Assembly: GCA_000934665.2 (NCBI GenBank)
Contig: KZ538231.1
Span: 1 to 64,000, forward strand
Reading direction: 5' to 3'
Length of the DNA: 64,000 nucleotides
Origin: Catajapyx aquilonaris
Lineage: Eukaryota
Both the position numbers and the translations under genes were made by a program. Shown in pieces: positions 55,201 through 64,000 of this stretch (position 1 is the stretch's first letter; the number at the start of each line of letters is the position of its first letter). Below the pieces are notes generated by a model that searched no databases, was not told the origin of the DNA, and was given only the letters and a program-made list of their open reading frames with translations.

Positions 55201-56880
55201 TGGCATTAATACTCGGAGGCGGAAGATGGGCAAGGGGTGGAGGGGGAAGTCTTTCTCTCTAAAAAAAAAAAAAGTTTGCTAAAAGCTTTCTTAATGGACT
55301 ATACCCAAGCTGGCGGCCTTTAGCGGCATTCCAAAAGCCTTCCTTGGCTATTAAACGAGATCCATAAAAGACACTGGGCTCACAAACACCTCGCTGTGGC
55401 CACCATGCATGGCAGACAAATTAAGCCCGCGTCCATGCCCTTATCAATCCTGTACCCTAACACGTGGTATGAGCCTGTAACCGGCCATTATACAACCTGC
55501 ATCATGCATGCTAAAATGAAAAATGCGTCGAAGGTCGAGCTTATCATACGCCAAAACGCAGTATAGGACATCCTCCAAATGAGCAGGTGTACAGACTTAA
55601 TTTTTATAGCATTTACTGACGCCATTTTGGACCGAGATCATCAACATGTGCAGTTGGCGTCAAAAACTTGAATCTAATTACACATCCTTTCTTTATGTCG
55701 CGTACCAGGTACGGGCATCACTAATGAAAGTTATGCAGATAGCGCTTATGTGCGTAGGCTTCCCAGGAATGCAAAGGCAGGGGTGCCATAAAAAGTCAAA
55801 CCATTCCGCATGAGGCATAATTAGCCTTACACAGTCCTTCAATTGCCACGGTTCATTTGCATACAATACGGTGTGAAATCCCACCAATTATTCACTCGAT
55901 AGCTATATAAAAACCGCCGATTTTGTGGAATCTGAGCACGTTTTTCTTCCCAGTCAAAAAATTCCTCTCTCTCCATTGAAACAGCAAGCTCTCTCTTTCC
56001 TTCCAAGTGTCTAGACTGACTAATCCTCTCTTAGCCCCTACAATCCATTATCTGGCTGCGTGTGCAAGGCGGGGTAATTAATTGGAATTAGCCGCTTAAG
56101 AACGTTTGTATGCAAACGGATCCCCCTAATAAAAATGCCTAATCCTGGCTAAGCGAGCCTGGTTCGATATTTGTCATCAGGAGACTGCTGGATGGTTTCT
56201 CCCAAAGAGAGGGGGGGCGAGAAAGCAAAAAGGATATAAAAAAGGTGAAACAGAAGTAGGAGGAATGTAACTGGCATTATCTTATTAACTGAGATTACTC
56301 CCCGCTGCTCCCTTGTTAGCGTTGGCAAGGTGGCGGATTAGTCCCCTGAATGTACACGAGCTCCTTGCCAGCAAGTCTTGCTGGCTAATTGGGTGCAAAT
56401 AGCGGCGCGTACCTTACCTTGGAAGAGCGTTTGCTTTGCACCCGCTGAATGATGAAGCTCACAAGTCGTCCTGTACAAACTTATTCCTATGGCATTACAG
56501 TTTAATTAATTGTATTTCATGCAACATTTCATCATGCCATTCATTTAGCAAAAAAAAACAAAACTATTTACACTTCCATCCCAAAATGTATGGACAATCT
56601 CAATATATCCAATCTTACCTAAACGTGTTTTTTTCTTCATGTCATCTATAAATTTATACAAAAATTTTCAACAATCACTGTGCAGTAATTAAAACACGTG
56701 ACTTGAATCCTATTTTTAAACGACAGCCTCCCTCTCTTTCTACTTTCCCATCTCCTGTTGTATTTTTAAAACATTTCGCAATGCAAAAACTAGTAGCAAT
56801 ATATCTGCATATCAGCCACTTCGCTCATATGACAAAACATGTCTGCAGAACTCAACATGCGCGCAAGGTAGAAGACTCAC

Positions 56881-57071
56881 CCATTGATGGACGTCTTTGT
56901 CATGAAGAGACTGAGGATGGACTTGACGAAGCTGTGCCAAAGTTGTGTGAAGACTGAGTCGGACTTGATCTGGCTGTCGTCCAGGAAGTTGGCTGTTTCC
57001 GTGTCCAGATCCAGCTTTACAAAGCGCCTCCTCAACTCTTCCGAAATCTGGCTCAAGTCGCATGAGTACCA
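56881..57071 (-). CDS. METTL9: METTL9 coding exon 2 (WYSCDLSQ...FTQLWHSFVKSILSLFMTKTSING)
   Basis: Acceptor TTTTTTCAG|TGG, donor AATGG|GTGAGT; 191 nt, phase 0 to 2. The peptide matches the human METTL9 segment WYVCN...FIQLYHSFVSSVFSLFMSRTSING as I recall it, with the same length. Confidence 0.96.
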
Positions 57072-60000
57072 CTGAAAAAATGCGAATTTTTTAAAAGACA
57101 ACAATCATGAACTTTCAGGTCACAACTTCACGGCACACCACAGACCAGCTGCTCATGTGTCCCATAATGATCAATATCAGCGTTTTTATATTCTGCAAAC
57201 AGCATTACTTTCTCGTATTGCTACTTGAGCTCTGAATTTTGTGTCACAGAAATATTGCAAACATATTCTGAGACGCTTAGCTCATAATATGCATACATTG
57301 CGAATCCACAGATTTCGTACCTAACCTGGTTATGTTACTATGTTGTCAGACGTGTTTTCTCTCAAAAGTGAAGTAGAGCTATACCATTAATCTGGCATTA
57401 ACTTTGTTGTTTTTTAGTGTCGCACGAATTTTTATTAATTCTTAAGCCAAAGCGCAGCCTGATAGGGTACGCAAATAAAAACAGAAACAAAATAGTGTCA
57501 CAAGTGACCATTCCCGAGAATTTTTAACAAACAATGAAAATATCACTGAGACATTCAAACTGCCTTTACTTCGACATTTAACAACTATAATGTCTGAATA
57601 CGTGTGTGAAGGCTATTGCACCATTCCTGAGCAGCTGCCGAGAACCCCCTTCATCATCTTCATTGTTCCTCCAGAATCGAGCAAGGCCGCTCTTTTCGTA
57701 AATAAATAATTTCGCCGTTTGCGCACAAAAACAACCCAGAGTGATGTAAAGTGCTTGAAATGAAAGTGGGAAGCGACCTGTGACTGGAAAATGGGTCGAG
57801 TGGGTAATTCCACCCCCGTACCCTTGTAACCTCCACCCATGCCCTCCCTTCCTGGCGTCAAGACGATACAAGCCGCGCTAAAAAGTATAATTTAGTTTGT
57901 GGCTGCAGCATTAGAGGCCTTACAGGATCGTGATTATCAGGTCTAGCAACATTGTTTTTACCTCACCCTATTTTTTTTCCTGGGCTCTCGTTTACCTGTG
58001 GGGCACAGATTGCACTTTTTTGCTGCCTGACAGGGATGGAAATAAAAGGCATCGGCTTTCATATGTCACCTTTCTATAGACACTCACGTGGGAGATGTCA
58101 CTAATTTCAAGGAGAAATCTGCGCCAACCTAGGTCACTTCATCATTATCAACACGTGTGAACGGATCTAGTAGTGATGGAGCAGGTGGCGCTAATTAAAT
58201 ACATAAACATAATATTGCTATAACACCTCGAACAACCACAACCTAAACATGCGATTGTCCGGAATATGACACATCTCATACTGTGTATAAGTGCAGCAGG
58301 TAATACCCTGTAGTTTCATCCATTACACAAAAAAAAATCGCACACTGTAGCAAATCGTGCAGTAAATCCTCACACTTTAAGCTGTGAGAAACCTGAGAGT
58401 TAGAAAGCAAAATTACAGGTCATCAACAACAACACCCACGTTTGCCTCATTTTCAAAATCTGCCGTGCAATAAGGTCATATATCACATACGACATTACAA
58501 ACGAGTAAATCGAAACATTTCCGTTGCTAACGCCAAATATAGCCAGGAACTGCCACCAAAAAAGGTCAATCATGAATACACTCTAAAAATCCACGCGAAA
58601 ATAAGTGTAACCTATCAAATGAATTCAATCCCACCACAAAAACCACCCCTTGAACACATTAGGGCATCCAGAACCTCTTGTTCGCCCCCTCATCCAACTA
58701 GTTTCCACGCACTCCGAAACGCCCTTATGCTCATTATAACTGCACCCAACTTGCCAGGTACGAATATTTGCTCTTGTTCGTGCCCTCCCCTCTAAAAGTT
58801 CCTCCATCCAACTCGTTATCCTTGGAAAACGTACCTTGTGGGTGCGATATTTCCAGGCTTAGTGCGAGACAAGCCGCGGATAAGTCCAACCCTTTATCGG
58901 AGGGGTAATTAAGTTTAAGCAGCGAACGTGGTTGAAAGGGAACAAATGCCGGGCATTAGGCATACAAGGAATAATTATGACGATGGCGGAGGAAGACAAG
59001 GGCCAGGGCTAATTGGCGACTAGGTTTCGGCGGCCTACTTAATTACCAATGCTCCACGCTGGACTGCCCCTCAACTTCTCTCTCTCTCTCTCTCTCTCCC
59101 CCTTGCCCCTCATCTCCTCCAGTCGAAAAGGAGCGCTGATCATAATTATCCGTCGGCTTTGGATCACAAGTTGGTGCCTGAAATCTCCAACCGATCATTT
59201 CCCGCTGCTAATCACTATTGAAGGCCGTGCCCGAACCACCAGACCTGCACTCTACAATCTCAACCATCCCCCCCACCTCCACCCATCCCCCATTACACAA
59301 GACTCTACACCNCCCCCCCCTCCATACATGGCCCACAGATTTTCCCTCTTTTACATGACTGCACGAACTCAGGAATTTGCCGCTACATAACTAATTACAC
59401 TAATGTCTCGCGACGCCTCCTACATGCAAGGTGAACAAGCACACCCCCATTAGTTATTAGCTTTGGTTATTTCTGCTGCCTTTATGACTTCAAGGGTATC
59501 TCTATCAAAGTATCTGAGGCGAGACAAGCACGTATTCAGCCAGCTCAACTATTATCGCGCTTAGTGCTAATGCTTGTTCTTGCAGGTCGCTCGTCATGTA
59601 GATTGCAGTTCGCGATTTTGTGGGATGATATTTGTTTACTTGCAGTATTATACACCGTTATGGATAGGAATACTCCAGGAAGAAACAAGACACATACGAG
59701 TCACGAAAAATTACATAATTTTAATAGGTACATACAAGGTGTTATGTAATGATTTCCTATCTAGGGTGAGTTCCTGGGCATCACGGAGGCACTTAACGCT
59801 AATTATCTCAGTAAATGAATGATTCCCTGGTACCTAATAACGCACCTAAGAAGTCTGAATCATTACGAAACATCTTCGTATATCAATAATTACCCTCTGA
59901 AGATACTACAACTTGCCAGTTTAAATCAAAACATATTCCTTTTTCCCTCATTCACACGATGATAATTTTCTTTCCTTGGTAAGATCACTTAGAATTTGCC

Positions 60001-62841
60001 TTTGAGGCGTAATATTAAACTGCAATATATGGTTCAATGACGTCACGTCGTCCCTGACAGCCCGTCCGACCCCGAATGCTAACTTGGGTCACGCTCAGCC
60101 GCCTACCCAAGAGTCGCATATTCTGTAGCACACAAGTGCTAGTAAGTTAGTGTCGAATAAGGGAAGCGGCTTAGTGTGAAGAATTGGAAATGAGATAGTG
60201 AGGAGAGCTCCATCCGTCACTGCCAATCCCGCTAGGGCTCCCCTAATGTGTCTTCAGCAAGCCAAAGATGCAGCAAGGTCTCCTGCGGACCTCGCATGAA
60301 GTGGATTGGGCTGGGATGGCCGCCAAGGGGAGGAGAAAAAGAACGGCCTCCCCCCCCCCCCAAAAAAAAAAACCATGAAAACACCCCCATGCTCTCAAAA
60401 TTTAAAGCGACTAGGTTCCATAGGTGCAGCTGATCCATCAATTAGGCTCGAAAAGTCATGACAAGGGGGAAGCCTATCCATGCTAGTGTGTGCAGAGACC
60501 AGGGGTTAGCTCGCCTAATTTACATGCTGTGTTCCCCCCCCCCCCCTTCCTCTCCCCCCATTTATAATCCGCCCTATTTTGCTATTACCTTCTCTCTCTA
60601 CTCGCCACCCTCTATTACCCCACTAAATCAAGTGAAAGCCTTTCTTTTGCCTACTTACATCATGCTGTAATTACAGTTATTTTAAAGCGCTCTCGAGTCA
60701 TGCCTACATCTTGTGCACATGATGTATCATAAAGTACTTTCAAATTGGGGGGAAAAAATGTCACCTGCTTTTACTTATGGTGTTTAGAAAAATCAGTTAC
60801 GTTTACCTGAAAGTTGTAAAATTTAATCACGTACGTTTGTCTTTAATGTTTGCAGTTCAAATATTATTAATCCTAAAATTGATCGCATTAGATCAAACTA
60901 GCCCCCCTGGTACCACCTCAACCCTGAACTTTCTGTACTTTCATCCGCCACCTTTGTAAGCCCTGGAAGCCTCCAGATACCGCGTGCAAAACCGCGCGTT
61001 TACACACAATCCTCTTTGTGCTCATCGCCTCTAATTTGGCAAGTGTCCCTATGAAAGCGTGAAACATTAGGGTGATTGTCGGCACGTCGATTGCTGCTGG
61101 CCCTTTCCCCCCGAAGAAAAATTAGCGCTTGAACGCATTAACTCCTGCCCTAAAAATGCGATTCCTGAGCCTCGGACTGGAGAAATATTTGGTCGGGCCC
61201 TGGTGGCGGTGTAAAGAGGCACGCCACCGGCAGCCCAGAGAAAAGCTGCTCATTAGCAAATTGCGAGGACACCCACCCCCACAACTCCCCCNCCCCCCAC
61301 CCATACCTTTTTGGCAATCCAGGCAAAGTGCGCATCTGCAGCGCCAGACCGGACCACAATACGTGCCGACTAATTTGCTTTGTGGCTACCGCATTAATAT
61401 TTCAACTTGTCACCACCTCAAAGGCACAATCGCCTTGTCAAAGTCTCTCCTCGCTGCTTTCAACCATAACTCCGCCTTCCATTTGCCACTCTTCTTTTCC
61501 CAACCATGCACTGCCAACATTTTTATCACTTGATTTACTCCATAAGCTCATACTCACCAAGAAGAATCCGATATATCGACATATCAATATATCGAGATAT
61601 CGTAATATCGCTGTCGATATTTGCAATTATATGGAATGGACAGGGTGGTTCATAACTGGCTTGTTCGGAATCATATTTAGTGCAATTCAAATTTGCAACG
61701 TAGACGATGGGGGGAAAAAATTCCAAGGAGGAAAAAAAAAAAGATTAGGTTTGCAAGACGTTGGGGAAGGACGAGCTGGTCATTAAGCTTTCCCTTAATG
61801 CCTAATCCCTCTAATGGAAGACGCCTGGAAAGAATTAAGGTCTCGTTTCCAATCTCATTGTGATTTGCAGTTCTCATTTGGGCCCATAGTTGGAACCTTT
61901 CATTTTCCTGTGGGCTGCAAATGGGAATCCTGCACGGAAACCATTTCCTTTTTTTCCCCCTAGCCCTCTCTCGCAGTTGGTAGATTATAATTAATTAAAA
62001 GACACCATTCCTTCTGCAGGAAGACTTTCCTAAGCTCATTTTCTTTTGCTGGGTGAGTTCCGAACCTCATCAAATATCGAGCGAGTATTCTTTTTTTTCT
62101 TCTTCTTCTCCCAACGTTTCCCTCACTTTTTCCCCCCTCTGTGCTTAATGTGGCTAGGATGATTATATTTTTCCAAGCTGGCTAGCGATAAGCTCATGTA
62201 GTCACCTTTTCCGCACCGGTTGGCAACAACATGGGTGGACCCAGCACAACTCTCTACCTACATGTGCTGAAATTTCAATATTACTCGCGATAATTCTTCT
62301 GTAATTCCTCCCAAGTGCTAAACACTCCAAATCATGACAGTTTTTCGGTTCTGCACATTCCCCCCACTTTCGAAGTGCTCTCCGGCGACTTCACGGAACT
62401 GCGAGCTTCCTATACTCAATTCTGAGATGGTGGGTGGGTTGGGAGGTAAAAAAGAAAGAAAAAAAAATTGTAGAGAAACTCCTAGGGTTCGAATCCATAT
62501 AGTTTTGGCCGCAGGATCGGATTTGGATGCAATTTGCATGCTTATGCAAAAATTAGGCCCTCCGCCGTCTCTTTCCTTCGGTGTCCCCTAATCGCAATTT
62601 GAATATCGATTTCCAGCTCTTTCCAAAATGAACTTGCCCTTCGTTTTTCTAACCGGCATTTTTTTCCCCCCCTCCCCTGAAGCTTTTTCCTAGGTTGGAA
62701 TTGCCACCTGGACCACCTGCCCATACTCACACTGTAACCACCCATATATGACCATGTTGACCCATTGCGATAAATGAAACACACTATAGAACATCCATAC
62801 AACAATAGATCAAAAAAGATATGAATTGGCAGTGACTGTAC

Positions 62842-63102
62842 CTGGCTCTTATCAAGTGTCCGTAGCTCCTGGTCTCGTAACATCTTGCTGAACAGTATCC
62901 CTGCCAGACCTCTCTGTGGTCCCCTGGCCAAAGACAGAGCCCGATCTTCAGGGCTCATCTCCTGGTCAGCGACAGTGGTCACTTCCGCCTCCATTTCGGG
63001 CCTTCGTCTTGTAAGAAAGGTTCCTAGAAGCTCGATTTTTGGCAGTAGAACACCCACTACCAACACCAAGCTCACGACCAGCAGGTGGAGCCCATCATGC
63101 AT
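62842..63102 (-). CDS. METTL9: METTL9 coding exon 1 (aa 1-87; hydrophobic N-terminus, then ...RGLAGILFSKMLRDQELRTLDKSQ)
   Basis: The ORF from ATG 63102 ends at a phase-0 donor CAG|GTACAG (intron starts 62841) and joins in frame to WYSCD..., like KENHQ-WYVCN in human METTL9. The 5' boundary is uncertain: a plausible acceptor (T-rich tract ...ATATGCAG|G) would start the exon at 63127, and a second in-frame ATG lies at 62994. Confidence 0.8.
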
Positions 63103-64000
63103 CGCATGTAGACCACATTGTATGTGCCTGCATATTTAGTGTCGTAAAAAAAAAAAAGAGAGAAATGTCGTGTGTTTTGTGTTGTGAGTAGGAGGAAGGA
63201 GTTATGATTACAACACATGCTTAAATTGCAATATAAAAGGTACAACAAAGAACAAACAATATCTACCAGGATGTTGACTAACATGTCAGCAGCACACACT
63301 TCGTACAATGAAAGTGGGCTATTGTCTGGGGAGTCACATACATTAAAATACATTATAGCTGGTAGACAATAGCGCTACTAATTAAGGCAATGTACCAAAA
63401 GTGCAAGGTTTTCCTGGCACAGCAGTATGTGCACGAACATCCCTTCCCCTTTTCATGTCCCCAACGCACAAAATCACACAAATTCTTTCACCTATTGCTC
63501 ACATCCCACACTTTCCGTCAATTGGGGTAAAAATTTCAGATAATTCCTCACATCATTAAAACATTCACTTTGCAATATACTCTCATCACAATCCCAACAC
63601 TGAAATTGAGAGCAATATGCATATGGACTATGTTCTATGTAGCAATAAAACTCAATGGTCTTGTGTTAGCTACACTTTGAGTGAACCACACACATCCCCT
63701 TGCCCATGATGATAAGGCATGACTGAATGAGCAAACAAAATTTAATGTTGACTTGTTAAAACTTATCTTGCACGATGATGCTGTACATATGACCTACAAG
63801 GTATTCAAGTGCCCAAGCTGGGGCCAAACCACATTTTCTTGAGTATGCAAGTGACCTTGTAAAATATTGATGATGGCCATAAAATGTGGGTTTATTGTTC
63901 CTATAAGAAAGTATAAGTGCAGGTGGAATCGGTATTTGGGCCGTAGTGTGACTGTGCTTACTTGCTAAGTGTAAGTTGTATTAACATTTTAATATTAATA

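Larger units (their letters stand above)
5039..56880 (-). other. METTL9: Giant intron of METTL9 (~51.8 kb including N gaps)
   Basis: Bounded by GTGAGT at 56880 and CAG at 5041-5039. The flanking exons join in frame within a conserved motif (SING|LLGRG). Confidence 0.9.

Noticed and set aside
5039..56880. Nested antisense gene, by analogy with IGSF6 inside vertebrate METTL9
   Set aside because: No ORF in the track shows an Ig-like or other recognisable domain or a consistent splice-flanked exon chain. Exons under 60 codons or a lncRNA cannot be excluded without RNA-seq.
58304..58313. TACCCTGTAG (miR-10 5' end); also CTTTGGTTAT at 59461 (miR-9-like) and TGAGATCAT near 37711 (bantam-like)
   Set aside because: Only 9-10 nt match, the rest of each mature sequence is absent, and no hairpin is evident.

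Overview
Eukaryotic (animal, probably invertebrate) genomic DNA, not prokaryotic. The only protein-coding gene I can support is METTL9 (DREV-family protein-histidine N1/pi-methyltransferase) on the minus strand. It has five coding exons: 62842-63102, 56881-57071, 4829-5038, 4012-4193 and 2384-2640. All introns are GT-AG with compatible phases, and the spliced CDS is 1101 nt (366 aa plus stop). About 81% of the window is one intron of ~51.8 kb (5039-56880) containing two assembly gaps. I found no nested coding gene in it, but it appears rich in homeodomain (TAAT/TAATTA), octamer (ATGCAAAT) and CRE (TGACGTCA) motifs. This suggests METTL9 may be a bystander gene carrying enhancers of a neighbouring developmental regulator (inference). 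The window also holds a small Tc1/mariner-type MITE family, a degenerate tRNA-derived SINE head, microsatellites, and long palindromes/hairpins that recur as adjacent pairs. The other ORFs in the six-frame track look spurious. Motif counts were done by eye and no database search was run.
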